This document shows positions 41,062 through 51,404 of a stretch of DNA of 64,000 bases, piece by piece. The notes beneath the pieces are model-generated. The model made no database searches. It worked only from the letters and a program-made list of their open reading frames with translations, and was not told the origin of the DNA. The translations under genes were made by a program, and so were the position numbers. Every line of letters starts with the position of its first letter. Position 1 is the stretch's first letter. This DNA is from Alloiococcus sp. (GTDB lineage: Bacteria; Bacillota; Bacilli; Lactobacillales; Carnobacteriaceae_A): positions 54,053-118,052 of the forward strand of contig DATGUS010000072.1 of the NCBI GenBank assembly GCA_035301245.1, written 5' to 3'.

Positions 41062-42120
41062 TCAACATCTACACCACTTATCATCATTAACTCGAAAAAG
41101 TACCCCTTCTGACTCCAATAAATCCATAAAATCTGAAAAACATCTCATTCGGTATTGAGCGTCAACATTGGGCATAATATAAAGTTTTATACGACCAGAC
41201 CCAATCTGTTTTTTTAACCATAATCGAACTGTATCTTTAGAAATGATAGTGTCCTGTTCAAAGTTATTGATCCAATGATACAAATCATATTTCCATGCAT
41301 AGCCAGGCGTCATCACCGTCCATTCACCTTCACATGGTAAGAATATCATTGAAGGTAGAGTAAACAAATTATCCCCTTGATTATACATTTTATTAAAAAA
41401 GCACCGAGCATTCTTAGTCTTAAAATACTGCATTCTTCTTAATTCTTTAAATGCCTTTTGCGTAATGATTTGTTGATCAACGAGTTGAATGTTGTAAGGT
41501 TCCGGAAGGTCTTTCATTGTAACGAAACGCGTGAGATATGATGTGGACCACTTTAATCTGTCAAGGTAGTGAAAATGATGATGAATAATTAACTGCTTAT
41601 TAATTATATCTAAATATAGTAAATTGGGAGTCGTTAAAACATATTGATTCATCATTGCACGATGAAGCTGAGTAAGTCGTGTGTTTAAGATTAAAGGTGA
41701 TCCAATAATCCACAATACAATGATATCTGCTTTTTTGTACCCTTTAGATCTTTTCAGAACATCTTTTACAGAAATTGAACTACATTGAAACTCAATCGCT
41801 ATTTTTTGCTTATTTTTCGTGATTAGCAAATCTGGCCGTTGTTTCAATGTCTTGATATAAGGTTCCATTTCAATCGATTCCACATGGGGCTTTAAAAAGT
41901 GATATAAGAAATATTTGCCCCTTATATGCTCTTCGGTCTCACCTTCAGAAAAAGATTGACATTCACTATTTTTGTAGTGAGAAAAATGAGGCATATTTTT
42001 AGTGCCTTGTTTTAAAAAGACTTTTTCTTTACAACTTGGACAAAAGTAGCAATTTTCTGAATTCTTTTTTTCTAGTGAAGCATTTTTCAATTGATTATAT
42101 TGATCATAAGCAATTAACAT
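41062..42120 (-). CDS. coiA: Competence protein CoiA
   Basis: CPSC...HFSH...ETEEH, RPDL, IEFQCS; mecA-coiA-pepF synteny. Confidence 0.9.
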   Translation of the reverse strand: MLIAYDQYNQLKNASLEKKNSENCYFCPSCKEKVFLKQGTKNMPHFSHYKNSECQSFSEGETEEHIRGKYFLYHFLKPHVESIEMEPYIKTLKQRPDLLITKNKQKIAIEFQCSSISVKDVLKRSKGYKKADIIVLWIIGSPLILNTRLTQLHRAMMNQYVLTTPNLLYLDIINKQLIIHHHFHYLDRLKWSTSYLTRFVTMKDLPEPYNIQLVDQQIITQKAFKELRRMQYFKTKNARCFFNKMYNQGDNLFTLPSMIFLPCEGEWTVMTPGYAWKYDLYHWINNFEQDTIISKDTVRLWLKKQIGSGRIKLYIMPNVDAQYRMRCFSDFMDLLESEGVLFRVNDDKWCRC

Positions 42121-42139
42121 GAGTATCCCTCCCCTACAG

Positions 42140-42147
42140 TATACGAA
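42140..42147 (-). promoter_or_regulatory. Candidate ComX-type promoter box TTCGTATA
   Basis: Motif lies about 20 nt upstream of the coiA start. Confidence 0.4.
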
Positions 42148-42185
42148 TTAATTGTTTTACATTATTTATTTTTAAAAATAAATAT

Positions 42186-42219
42186 AAAAAAGAACTCAGC
42201 TCTCACCAAGTTCTTTTTT
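42186..42219 (-). terminator. mecA terminator
   Basis: AAAAAGAACT...AGTTCTTTTT. Confidence 0.55.
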
Positions 42220-42230
42220 ATAGTCTTCAA

Positions 42231-42923
42231 TTAAAAATGTGTTTTTAAAATACCTAAAGCATTCTCTTCAATAATGACATCGGCATGTTCCTCAAGCACA
42301 TCGACTGATACCGGACTCTCTTCTCCATATTCTTTTACTTTCGCAAATAATAATTTACGATATACTTCAGTGGTACGATATAAGTCTTCAAATTCAAGAT
42401 ATAGATAATAGATTGAATTCTGATGGTATAATACTGAATCAATAAATTCATCATCTAAATCAGTAACTAAAATTAAGAGTTTTTCAATATTATCGAATGC
42501 AACAATCATTGATGATGTTTTCTCATTATGATTATCATCCAGATTTGAATCATCTTCCAATTGACCAAGAATATCATTTATCACTTTTGAATCCTCTGAA
42601 TCCTCGCCTTTAGATTTTTTCTTTTCGTTTGATGATAGTTGTTTTGATTCACGAGCAATTGAATTAATGATATCTTCATCAACATTTGCCCCTTTACTAA
42701 TAAATAATTCCAACCCGTTATTTTTTGGCATTACTTGGAACGTGACTGCATCAGAATCTTTAAAGTCATCATTCAAATCGACTTCTTCTAAAATACCATA
42801 AAAAAAACTTTCAATTTGTTTTTCATTTCCTAATAAATCCAAAAATGTTATTCCGCGATTCATGAGATCCGAGTTATCAATAGTGACACGTATAGTATCA
42901 TCATTAATGTGTTCAATTTCCAT
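42231..42923 (-). CDS. mecA: Adaptor protein MecA
   Basis: MEIEHINDDTIRV, FFYGILEEV, VTFQV, EYG...LEEH. Confidence 0.93.
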   Translation of the reverse strand: MEIEHINDDTIRVTIDNSDLMNRGITFLDLLGNEKQIESFFYGILEEVDLNDDFKDSDAVTFQVMPKNNGLELFISKGANVDEDIINSIARESKQLSSNEKKKSKGEDSEDSKVINDILGQLEDDSNLDDNHNEKTSSMIVAFDNIEKLLILVTDLDDEFIDSVLYHQNSIYYLYLEFEDLYRTTEVYRKLLFAKVKEYGEESPVSVDVLEEHADVIIEENALGILKTHF

Positions 42924-42987
42924 AGCTCAATCACCTCATTCACTATTTTAAAACTATGGTAGATTAACCAATTAAACCTTATTATAC

Positions 42988-43023
42988 AAAAAAAGGTGTC
43001 ACTATTCAATAGCGACACTCTTT
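42988..43023 (-). terminator. Terminator after the spx-like gene
   Basis: GTGTCACTAT/ATAGCGACAC stem with a T-run on the minus strand. Confidence 0.6.
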
Positions 43024-43025
43024 GA

Positions 43026-43400
43026 CTAATATTCCATAATAACACGGGTAGGTTTAGGCAAAAATTTATTAAGTTCTTCTTCGTTATAGCCTACAAGCAT
43101 TCGTTTATCATCATACAATATAGGCAGTTTCAATAATTTGGGTTCTCTCTCCATTGATTCATAAAGTTCTTTAAGTGAGATATCATTATCTTCAATGACA
43201 TGCTGCACCATTGAAAGGTATTCTGGCGCAATGATATCAATTACACCCATCTCAGTTAATGATGTCATTTGCTTTAACTCTTCCATGGTCACCAAATCAT
43301 CAAATAATTCCTTTTCTTGATATGGTATGCAACGTTTGTCTAACCATTGTTTTACCTTTTTACAATCAATCGAACTTGGATACGTAAATAACTTAAGCAT
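43026..43400 (-). CDS. spx: Spx-family (ArsC fold) RNA polymerase-binding regulator, degenerate redox motif
   Basis: Colinear with Spx (G52, LLxxPI, VGYNEEE..FLP); canonical position upstream of mecA; SxxC instead of CxxC. Confidence 0.8.
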   Translation of the reverse strand: MLKLFTYPSSIDCKKVKQWLDKRCIPYQEKELFDDLVTMEELKQMTSLTEMGVIDIIAPEYLSMVQHVIEDNDISLKELYESMEREPKLLKLPILYDDKRMLVGYNEEELNKFLPKPTRVIMEY

Positions 43401-43436
43401 ATCTATCCCCCATAATTTTTATTTTTAGATAGCGGC

Positions 43437-44456
43437 TTAATAAATTAATTCTACCAATTCATCAACATCGACATCACCAAAGTATTTATTAATATCAACA
43501 GATTCTAATACTTTATGGATTGATTTCGCTTCATAATTAGTACCTTTTAATTTATCTTCTACATCTGAGATTTCTCCCATACCGAAGAAATCACCATAAA
43601 TTTTAATATCTTTAATAACACCTTTATCGACATTTAACTTCACTTCTACTGTACCAATTGATAAACGTTCACTACGTTCTAAATCAAAGTCTGGAGACTC
43701 ACCGTAGTTCCAGTTCCAGTTTGCTGTATATTTTTCAGCAAACTTATCAATCTCTTCCCAGTCTTGATCAGTTAATTTATATTCTTTCACTTCAGAAATA
43801 TCGTCAACATCATAAATATTTAATAATAATTTTTCTCTAAAATTTTTCGTATTCATATTTTGATATTCGTCATTTAAATATGGTTTAATATTTGTTACGC
43901 GACTACGAATTGATTTAATACCTTTAGATTTTAATTTATGTTTCTTAGGTTTTAACGCACCAACTACGGCATCGATTTGTGAGTTAAACATTAACGTTCC
44001 ATGAGCTGTCATTCGTCCATTCTTAGAGTACATGGCATTTCCTGAGAATTTTTTGTCATCAATAATTAAATCATTACGGCCGCGTAATTCTGCACCAGAA
44101 GCACCCATTTTTTGAAGTGCATCAATTACCGGTAAGGTAAAACGCTTGAAGTTTCTAAATGAATCACCATCATCTTTTGTTATGAAACAGAAGTTAAGTA
44201 CGCCTAAATCATGATACACTGCTCCACCACCACTGAAGCGACGGACCACTTTTACATCATTGTCTTCAACATACTGAGTATTTACTTCTTCATAAGTATT
44301 TTGGTTTTTACCTACAATAATTGAATCGTTATTGATGTAGAAAAGTAAAATAGGTTCATCAAGCTGAACATTATTTAATAAGTAGTACTCTATAGCCAAG
44401 TTAATACTTGGATCATGAATTTCTTCGCCATTTCTTTCATTCTTTACGTAATACAT
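43437..44456 (-). CDS. lplA: Lipoate--protein ligase
   Basis: RRFSGGGAVYHD, GRNDL, KFSGNA, HGTL. Confidence 0.93.
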   Translation of the reverse strand: MYYVKNERNGEEIHDPSINLAIEYYLLNNVQLDEPILLFYINNDSIIVGKNQNTYEEVNTQYVEDNDVKVVRRFSGGGAVYHDLGVLNFCFITKDDGDSFRNFKRFTLPVIDALQKMGASGAELRGRNDLIIDDKKFSGNAMYSKNGRMTAHGTLMFNSQIDAVVGALKPKKHKLKSKGIKSIRSRVTNIKPYLNDEYQNMNTKNFREKLLLNIYDVDDISEVKEYKLTDQDWEEIDKFAEKYTANWNWNYGESPDFDLERSERLSIGTVEVKLNVDKGVIKDIKIYGDFFGMGEISDVEDKLKGTNYEAKSIHKVLESVDINKYFGDVDVDELVELIY

Positions 44457-44654
44457 ATCGTACTTCCTTTCATTTTCGTTCTCGTATGTATAGTTTAAGA
44501 TACAATTTAAGAAAAATACACTGAATTTTGAAATTTTATTAAAAATATTAGATTTATTATATCTATCGAGTATTATTTCATACTTTTAAAAACAAAATTG
44601 TTTTTATTTAAGCATAAATTTTATAATAAATTTCTACACAGTCATTTAAGCCAT

Positions 44655-44689
44655 AAAAAAAGACTGACTTTGACATGTCAGTCTTTTTT
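44655..44689 (-). terminator. rplT terminator
   Basis: AAAAAAGACTGAC...GTCAGTCTTTTTT. Confidence 0.85.
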
Positions 44690-44695
44690 ATCATC

Positions 44696-45058
44696 TTATT
44701 GATTAGAAATAGCTTCTTTCGCTTGTTCTGTTAATGATGCGAATGCCTCTGCATCGTTAACTGCTAATTCTGCTAATACTTTACGGTTTAAGTCAATACC
44801 TGCTAATTTTAGTCCGTGCATGAATTTTGAGTAGCTTAAGCCGTTTAAGCGAGCTGCCGCATTGATACGTGAGATCCATAATTTACGGAAATTACGTTTA
44901 TTCTGTTTACGGTCACGGTAAGCATACATGTAAGATTTCATAACCTGCTGTTTAGCAACTCTAAATAATTTGTGTTTTGCTCCGTAGTAACCTTTAGCTA
45001 ATTTTAAAACACGTTTACGACGACGTAAAGTGACTGTTCCACCTTTTACTCTTGCCAT
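44696..45058 (-). CDS. rplT: 50S ribosomal protein L20
   Basis: MARVKGG...YAYRDR...LWISRINAA. Confidence 0.99.
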   Translation of the reverse strand: MARVKGGTVTLRRRKRVLKLAKGYYGAKHKLFRVAKQQVMKSYMYAYRDRKQNKRNFRKLWISRINAAARLNGLSYSKFMHGLKLAGIDLNRKVLAELAVNDAEAFASLTEQAKEAISNQ

Positions 45059-45081
45059 TTTTAATTTCCTCCTCTAACTAA

Positions 45082-45282
45082 TTATTTCATGTAAGTTAAT
45101 TGTTGGTTAATACGTTTTTGGTCTGATTTATGAACCATTCCAGCTTTACGTAATTGACGTTTTTGTTTTTGAGTCTTATTCGCAAATAAGTGACTTCTTT
45201 TTGCGTGGCTACGTTTTAATTTTCCAGAAGCAGTACGTTTGAAACGTTTTTGACTTCCTTTATGAGTTTTCATTTTTGGCAT
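45082..45282 (-). CDS. rpmI: 50S ribosomal protein L35
   Basis: MPKMKTH...[10 protein letters not shown]. Confidence 0.99.
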   Translation of the reverse strand: MPKMKTHKGSQKRFKRTASGKLKRSHAKRSHLFANKTQKQKRQLRKAGMVHKSDQKRINQQLTYMK

Positions 45283-45312
45283 AGTTAAATCCTCCTGTAT
45301 TAATTGAAATTT

Positions 45313-45828
45313 TTATTTTTCGCTTTTCGGCGCAATCATTAAGAACATTGAACGACCATCCATTTTTGGTTTTTGCTCAATATCGCCGATATCTTTGGTT
45401 TCTTCAGCAAAACGCTCTAAAACTTCACGACCGATATCTTTATGAGTAATAGCACGACCACGGAAACGAATAGAAACCTTTACTTTGTCACCATCTTTTT
45501 CTAAGAATTTTCGACCTTGTTTTAGCTTAGTATTAAAATCATGATCATCAATAGTTGGGCTTAAACGTATCTCTTTAACATCAATTGTCTTTTGATTCTT
45601 ACGTTGTTCACGTTCACGTTTTTGTTGCTCATAACGGTATTTACCGTAATCCATAATACGGGCAACGGATGGGTTAGCGTTAGGTGACACTAATACTAAG
45701 TCCAGTTCAACACGTGCAGCTGCTTCTAAAGCTTGTTCTCGTGAAACAACTCCGATTTGCTCTCCATCATGTCCGATTAATCGTAACTCTTTATCGCGAA
45801 TACGATCGTTAACTATCATTTCCTTTAT
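45313..45828 (-). CDS. infC: Translation initiation factor IF-3, non-AUG start (ATA at 45828 or ATC at 45831)
   Basis: [20 protein letters not shown]; GGAGG at 45838-45842 followed by ATC ATC ATA. Confidence 0.95.
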   Translation of the reverse strand: MKEMIVNDRIRDKELRLIGHDGEQIGVVSREQALEAAARVELDLVLVSPNANPSVARIMDYGKYRYEQQKREREQRKNQKTIDVKEIRLSPTIDDHDFNTKLKQGRKFLEKDGDKVKVSIRFRGRAITHKDIGREVLERFAEETKDIGDIEQKPKMDGRSMFLMIAPKSEK

Positions 45829-45851
45829 GATGATACACCTCCGAAAATATT

Positions 45852-46012
45852 TGAAAAAAACAAAGAACGGAACTCCGTTAATACACAAAGTCCCGTTCAG
45901 TTAAATGATCTGAGTTAACCTACACCTACTTGAGGCATAGTCATTCATTAAATACTGATATTAGCCCATGAACTGTATCCATAAGGCGAGAAGTGGGACT
46001 TCTACTTTGTTT
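45852..46012 (-). ncRNA. L20 leader (infC-rpmI-rplT attenuator)
   Basis: AGTAGAAGTCCCACTTCTCGCC 5' hairpin and GAACGGGACTT...AGTTCCGTTC terminator with U-tract; TTGACA(46050-46055)-17-TATTCT promoter upstream. Confidence 0.85.
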
Positions 46013-46120
46013 TCTCAACATTTAATAGAATAACATTATAATCTTATCATGTCAACTGAATTTAAAAATAAATACATTTCATGGGGTAAAGATCATATGG
46101 TGGTAACTAAATGATATATA

Positions 46121-48067
46121 TTAATTATTTTCTCTACTTTTTGATTTAATATCTTCAATTAATAAATCAATAAATGTATCTAAGTCCATTGTATTGGTAT
46201 CTCTTTCGCCGTATTTACGAACAGAAACGGTTTTATTTTCCGCTTCATTATCACCGATTACAATTTGATATGGAATTTTTTGTGTCTGAGATTGACGAAT
46301 CTTGTATCCTAATTTTTCATTACGGTCATCAACTTCGACACGTACATTGTTCATTCTTAATTTTGCTGCCAGATCTTCAACAACATCTAAGTGTGCATCC
46401 AAGCTTACGGGTATCAGTACCGTTTGTATTGGCGCTAACCATGTTGGAAAAGCACCTTTGTACTCTTCAATCAAGTATGCCACGAAACGTTCCATTGTCG
46501 ATACCACACCACGGTGGATGACAACTGGACGGTGGTTATCTTGACCATCTTCACCGACATAAGTTAAGTCGAAACGTTCTGGTAGCAAGAAGTCAAGTTG
46601 TACTGTTGATAGTGTTTCCTCTAATCCGATTGCTGTTTTTACTTGAACGTCTAACTTAGGCCCGTAGAATGCGGCTTCTCCGATTGCTTCAAAGTATTCA
46701 ATACCCGCTTCATCTAGCGTTTCACGAAGCATATCTTCTGCTTTAATCCACATCTCATCATCATCGAAGTATTTCTCTTTGTTTTCTGGGTCTCTTAGAC
46801 TTAGACGGAAACGGTAATCCGTGATGTTAAAGTCTTCATACACTTCAACAACTAAATCTACCACTCGTTTAAACTCTTCTTTAATTTGGTCAGGTCTTAC
46901 AAAAACATGTGCATCGTTTAATGTCATCTCACGAACCCGTTGTAAACCTGATAGAGCTCCGGATTTTTCATAACGGTGCATCTGACCTAATTCAGCAATA
47001 CGAATTGGTAGTTCGCGGTAACTATGTGTATCGTTTTTGTACACTTCCATATGATGTGGACAGTTCATTGGACGTAAGACAAGCATTTCACCGTCCCCCA
47101 TATCCATTGGTGGGAACATGTCATCTTGGTAGTGATCCCAGTGGCCTGATATTTTGTATAATTTTGAATCTGCCATAATTGGTGTATACACGTGTTGGTA
47201 GCCTAAGCTAATTTCTTTATCAGTAATATAACGCTCGATAATACGACGGATTGTCGCTCCTTTTGGTAACCAAAAAGGCAGACCTGAACCCACAGTTGAA
47301 GATAGTGTAAAGAGATCTAATTCTTTGCCTAACTTACGATGGTCACGCTCTTTAGCTTCTTCTCTTAGACGTAAGAATTCATCTAAATCAGCTTGTTTGA
47401 AGAACGCTGTACCGTACACTCGTTGCATCATTTTATTGTCTGAATTTCCACGCCAGTATGCTCCAGCAAGTGATAATAATTTAAAGACTTTAATGTGTTT
47501 AGTTGAGGGAACGTGAATACCTCGGCATAAATCTACAAATTCACCTTGCTCATACAAAGAAATAACTTCGTCTTCAGGTAAGTCATTAATCAATTCTATC
47601 TTATATGGATCATTTTTAAAAAGCTTTAATGCCTCATCTCTCGGCACTTCTTTACGGATAATCGGTAAGTTTTCACTTACGATTTTTTTCATTTCTTTTT
47701 CGATACGCTCTAAATCTGCCTCAACTATCGGTTCTGCTGAATCAGTATCATAGTAGAAACCTGTATCAATCGCTGGCCCTACTCCGAATTTTACATCCGG
47801 GTATAAACGAGTAATCGCTTGAGCCATTAAGTGAGCAGTTGAGTGTCTTAAAATCTGGAGTGCATCTTCATGTTTATCTGTTACGATTTCTAACGTACCA
47901 TCTTCTTCAAGCGGTCTAACGTAGTCAACTAACTCCCCATTGAATTTTCCTGCAAGGCCTGCTTTTTCTAGTGATTTTGCGATCGATGCTGCAACATCTT
48001 TTGTTGTAGAGCCCTTTTTCATTTCTTTAACTGTACCGTCTGGTAATGTAATATTGATTACTGACAT
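46121..48067 (-). CDS. thrS: Threonine--tRNA ligase
   Basis: TGS domain, RHSTAH, RPMNCP, AAFYGPK. Confidence 0.98.
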   Translation of the reverse strand: MSVINITLPDGTVKEMKKGSTTKDVAASIAKSLEKAGLAGKFNGELVDYVRPLEEDGTLEIVTDKHEDALQILRHSTAHLMAQAITRLYPDVKFGVGPAIDTGFYYDTDSAEPIVEADLERIEKEMKKIVSENLPIIRKEVPRDEALKLFKNDPYKIELINDLPEDEVISLYEQGEFVDLCRGIHVPSTKHIKVFKLLSLAGAYWRGNSDNKMMQRVYGTAFFKQADLDEFLRLREEAKERDHRKLGKELDLFTLSSTVGSGLPFWLPKGATIRRIIERYITDKEISLGYQHVYTPIMADSKLYKISGHWDHYQDDMFPPMDMGDGEMLVLRPMNCPHHMEVYKNDTHSYRELPIRIAELGQMHRYEKSGALSGLQRVREMTLNDAHVFVRPDQIKEEFKRVVDLVVEVYEDFNITDYRFRLSLRDPENKEKYFDDDEMWIKAEDMLRETLDEAGIEYFEAIGEAAFYGPKLDVQVKTAIGLEETLSTVQLDFLLPERFDLTYVGEDGQDNHRPVVIHRGVVSTMERFVAYLIEEYKGAFPTWLAPIQTVLIPVSLDAHLDVVEDLAAKLRMNNVRVEVDDRNEKLGYKIRQSQTQKIPYQIVIGDNEAENKTVSVRKYGERDTNTMDLDTFIDLLIEDIKSKSRENN

Positions 48068-48087
48068 AATTAATCCTCCTTAAAATT

Positions 48088-48316
48088 AAAAAAGTCCCAT
48101 CAACTAAAACATCTGTTTAGTTAATGGGACGACAATAGCGTGGTTCCACCCAATGTTTATACAAAAAATCGTATACTCATTTGTCTTTAACGCAGACTTA
48201 CGTAAACTTTAATCAGCTTGTCTCAAAAGTGGTCATTAATACTTTGTTTAGAAAAGTCTCAGCACTCTTTTCCTCTCTTTGGAAACTTTAAAATATTAAT
48301 GGTATCTTTATCATTG
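48088..48316 (-). ncRNA. T-box riboswitch, Thr (ACC specifier)
   Basis: T-box GGGTGGAACCACG at 48139-48151; AGAGA and GCTGAGA motifs; specifier ACC at 48231-48233; GTCCCAT...ATGGGAC terminator. Confidence 0.92.
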
Positions 48317-48374
48317 ATTTAGTATATTAACTATTTACAACATAGATTACCAAATTTTTAATGATTAATCAATA

Positions 48375-49175
48375 TTAAGCTAACATTAAAGCGTCATCTT
48401 TCACCATTTCGCCACTTTTTTCTTTAAATAAATCTAATAATTTTGGAACAGTTAAATTTTTCTTTTCTTCTCCTTGAATATCAATCACTATTTGGCCATC
48501 GAACATCATAATTAAACGATTGCCATAATCGATCGCTTGTTGCATATCATGAGTTACCATTAAAGCGGTCAGATGCTTTTCTTTAATTAATTGATCAGTT
48601 AAAGACATCACCATCTCACGCGTGCTTGGATCCAAGGCTGCTGTATGTTCATCGAGAAGTAAAATTTCAGGAAGTTGCATCGTCGCCATCAGAAGTGTTA
48701 TAGCCTGACGCTGTCCACCAGATAATAATCCCATATCTGTCTTTAATCGATTCTCTAAACCTAAGTTTAATTTAGATAATTCTTGTTTATAGAGTTTACG
48801 ACGGTCAGACTTTATCGCAGTCGATAAACCGCGAGATTTACCACGACGGTCAGCAATTGCCAAGTTCTTTTCAATAGTTAAGTGACTTGCTGTCCCTTTT
48901 AGAGCATCTTGAAAAACACGACTAATATATTTTGCCCGTTTATAAGCCGGCTTTGATGTGATATCTTTACCATTTAACGTTAATGTTCCTTGTTCCACCA
49001 TTAATGTTCCAGCAATCGTATTTAAAAGCGTTGACTTGCCAGCGCCGTTCCCCCCAATTACTGTAATAAAATCACCTTGATGAATCGTTAAGTCGATGCC
49101 TTTTAGAACATGATTTTCGTTAACGGTTTTCTGACCGAAGATTTTATGAATATCTTTCATAACTAATTCTGTCAT
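48375..49175 (-). CDS. ABC transporter ATP-binding protein (TrpXYZ-like aromatic amino acid importer)
   Basis: GGNGAGKST, LSGGQRQ, LLLDEHTAALDP. Confidence 0.9.
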   Translation of the reverse strand: MTELVMKDIHKIFGQKTVNENHVLKGIDLTIHQGDFITVIGGNGAGKSTLLNTIAGTLMVEQGTLTLNGKDITSKPAYKRAKYISRVFQDALKGTASHLTIEKNLAIADRRGKSRGLSTAIKSDRRKLYKQELSKLNLGLENRLKTDMGLLSGGQRQAITLLMATMQLPEILLLDEHTAALDPSTREMVMSLTDQLIKEKHLTALMVTHDMQQAIDYGNRLIMMFDGQIVIDIQGEEKKNLTVPKLLDLFKEKSGEMVKDDALMLA

Positions 49176-50062
49176 TATTTAACGCCCTTTCTACTATGTC
49201 TTAATTTCCACTTAGAACCTATCATTGGTGAACCTAAAGCGATAGCTAAAATAATAGCTGAAAATAATTTTAAATCTTGTGGATTAAAATTCAATTGCAA
49301 GACTATTAAAAGCATTAAACGATAAATGATTGACCCAACCACAATTAGAATTAAACGCATTGTTAGCGTTACGTTTTTAAAAATTGATTCTCCAATAATA
49401 ATGGATGCTAGACCTATAACAATGGCGCCAATTCCCATATTGACATCGGCGTACCCATTATTTTGAGCTAACAAACCTCCAGACAGTGCGATCAAGCCAT
49501 TCCCAATCATGTAGCCTAGTATTTGCATATTGTGGACCGGAATACCATTAGACTCACTCATTGATAAATTGCTACCAGTTGCTAAGATTGCTAAACCAAT
49601 TTCTGTTCTAAAGAATAAAAACAAGGCACCTATCACGATGACTCCTGTTAAAACACCAAGTAATATAACAGCATAGTTTTGTGAAATATTATAAGATTGT
49701 ATGATTTTAATGACGGTATCGTTACCTATTAACGATAAGTTAGCCTGCCTCATCACACGTAGATTAATTGAGTACAATCCTGTCATAGTAACAATCCCTG
49801 AAACTAAAGCAGGTATTTGTAATTTGGTATGGAGTAAACCAGTTACTAATCCAGCAAGCGCCCCAGCTAACATAGCAATAACTAATGATAAAATCGGTGA
49901 CATCCCTGAAACAATCAATGAAACACTGACTGCAGCACCAAGTGGAAAACTTCCTTCAACCGTCAAATCTGCAAGTCCGAGTATTCTGAATGTTAAATAA
50001 ACACCAATTGCTAAAATCGACCATAAAATTCCTTGCGAAATACTTGATAATAATAAATTCAT
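49175..50062 (-). CDS. ABC transporter permease (BPD_transp_2 type)
   Basis: DLTVEGSFPLG, GLYSINLR, GLASIIIGE. Confidence 0.9.
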   Translation of the reverse strand: MNLLLSSISQGILWSILAIGVYLTFRILGLADLTVEGSFPLGAAVSVSLIVSGMSPILSLVIAMLAGALAGLVTGLLHTKLQIPALVSGIVTMTGLYSINLRVMRQANLSLIGNDTVIKIIQSYNISQNYAVILLGVLTGVIVIGALFLFFRTEIGLAILATGSNLSMSESNGIPVHNMQILGYMIGNGLIALSGGLLAQNNGYADVNMGIGAIVIGLASIIIGESIFKNVTLTMRLILIVVGSIIYRLMLLIVLQLNFNPQDLKLFSAIILAIALGSPMIGSKWKLRHSRKGVK

Positions 50063-51039
50063 TATTTTCCTCTTTCTAACGAGTCAGCAGCTTGACGAAT
50101 TATTTCTGAATTAATACCAATCGCTTCAGCCATTTCTTCGTTGATTACTAAGTCAAAATCTTCTGTACTTTCTACTGGTAAATTGCTAGGCTCTTCTCCT
50201 TCTAAGATAGACACAGCCAATTTTGCTGTTTGTTTCCCTAAATTATAGTAATCAATACCAAGTGTTGCGAGTCCACCATTTTCAACCATATCTGTTGATC
50301 CTGGTACTATTGGTACATTGTTATCTTTAGCTATCTCTCCTACAGTCGCTGCTGTTGCGGATAACACGTTATCGGTTGGAATATATATAGCATCAGAGTT
50401 CGTTGCTAGATTAGATAATGTTTGTTGTACATCATTTGTGCTTGTTACAGTTTGAATATTTGTATCAAGTCCTCTTGATTCAATAACTTCTACTGCCTGA
50501 TCAACTTGAATTTGTGAATTAACTTCCGATGAGTTGTAAATTAAACCAATAACTTCAGGGTTGTCTGCAATTTCTATTAATAAATTAACCTGAGATTCAA
50601 TATCTGCCATATCACTTGTTCCTGTTATGTTACCACCAGGATTTTCTAAACTATCGACTAATCCTGCTTCAACGGGATCAGTAACTGCCGTGAATAATTG
50701 TGGGATATTTTGATTTGCCATAGCTAGTGATTGAGCAGTCGGTGTCGCAATCCCTAGAACTAATTCATTATTATTTGTTAATTGTTCTGACATAGATTGT
50801 AAGTTAGACTGATCACCTTGAGCATTTAAGACTTCGATTTCAATATTTTCTCCATCTGTATAACCAGCTTCTTCAAGACCATCAACAAAGCCTTCTTGTG
50901 CTTTATTCAGTGAGTTATGGTCAATAAATTGTAAAATGCCAATTTTAGTTATCTCTTGATTTGAGCCGTTGCCGTTTGAGCAACCTGCAATAACTAAAAT
51001 ACCTACGACTAATCCGATTAACATTTTTAATTTTTTCAT
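50062..51039 (-). CDS. ABC substrate-binding lipoprotein (ABC_sub_bind / TrpX-like)
   Basis: Lipobox IAGC; NAQGDQ, IATPTAQ, FTAVTDPV, GGNITGTSD, PTDN. Confidence 0.9.
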   Translation of the reverse strand: MKKLKMLIGLVVGILVIAGCSNGNGSNQEITKIGILQFIDHNSLNKAQEGFVDGLEEAGYTDGENIEIEVLNAQGDQSNLQSMSEQLTNNNELVLGIATPTAQSLAMANQNIPQLFTAVTDPVEAGLVDSLENPGGNITGTSDMADIESQVNLLIEIADNPEVIGLIYNSSEVNSQIQVDQAVEVIESRGLDTNIQTVTSTNDVQQTLSNLATNSDAIYIPTDNVLSATAATVGEIAKDNNVPIVPGSTDMVENGGLATLGIDYYNLGKQTAKLAVSILEGEEPSNLPVESTEDFDLVINEEMAEAIGINSEIIRQAADSLERGK

Positions 51040-51113
51040 TTTTATTTCCTCCTATTATTCATAAACATTTACCAAATACCTTTTTCGATCCCCCAATCCC
51101 CCTTAAATTATTC

Positions 51114-51156
51114 AATAAAAAAACATCCATCTAGGTTAAAAACCTAAATGGATGTT
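51114..51156 (-). terminator. Attenuator terminator upstream of the ABC operon
   Basis: AACAUCCAUUUAGGUU/AACCUAGAUGGAUGUU stem followed by a U-tract. Confidence 0.85.
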
Positions 51157-51294
51157 ATAAAATATACTATTCATATATAAGAATAGCCACTTAGGTTTTG
51201 ACCTATGTGGCTTCCATGCGAAAAATCTTTAGCCATCATAGATACAAGTCAGATTATTTCTGATTACTTGTACCCATAATGTATGAATACAAGT
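51114..51294 (-). promoter_or_regulatory. Leader-peptide transcription attenuator (alternative hairpins)
   Basis: Mutually exclusive pairings traced by hand; see the top finding. Confidence 0.75.
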
Positions 51295-51363
51295 TTATCT
51301 AAAGTAGCTAAAGTAAAATGAATTATTTAGTTTGGATAAATTTAATAAACCTATCGATAACAT
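51295..51363 (-). CDS. Phe/Tyr-rich leader peptide MLSIGLLNLSKLNNSFYFSYFR (22 aa; not in the ORF track)
   Basis: TAGGAGAG SD, ATG at 51363, TAA at 51295-51297; five of the last seven codons are Phe/Tyr. Confidence 0.8.
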   Translation of the reverse strand: MLSIGLLNLSKLNNSFYFSYFR

Positions 51364-51404
51364 TTTTCGCTCTCCTAAAATCATAAGATAATTGATTGAT
51401 TTCT

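Noticed and set aside
46174-47516. Several plus-strand ORFs within thrS
   Set aside because: Antisense shadows without SD or motifs
51088-51104. GGGGGATTGGGGGA G-tracts in the SBP 5' UTR
   Set aside because: Only two G-tracts, too few for an intramolecular G-quadruplex, and no ORF at SD distance
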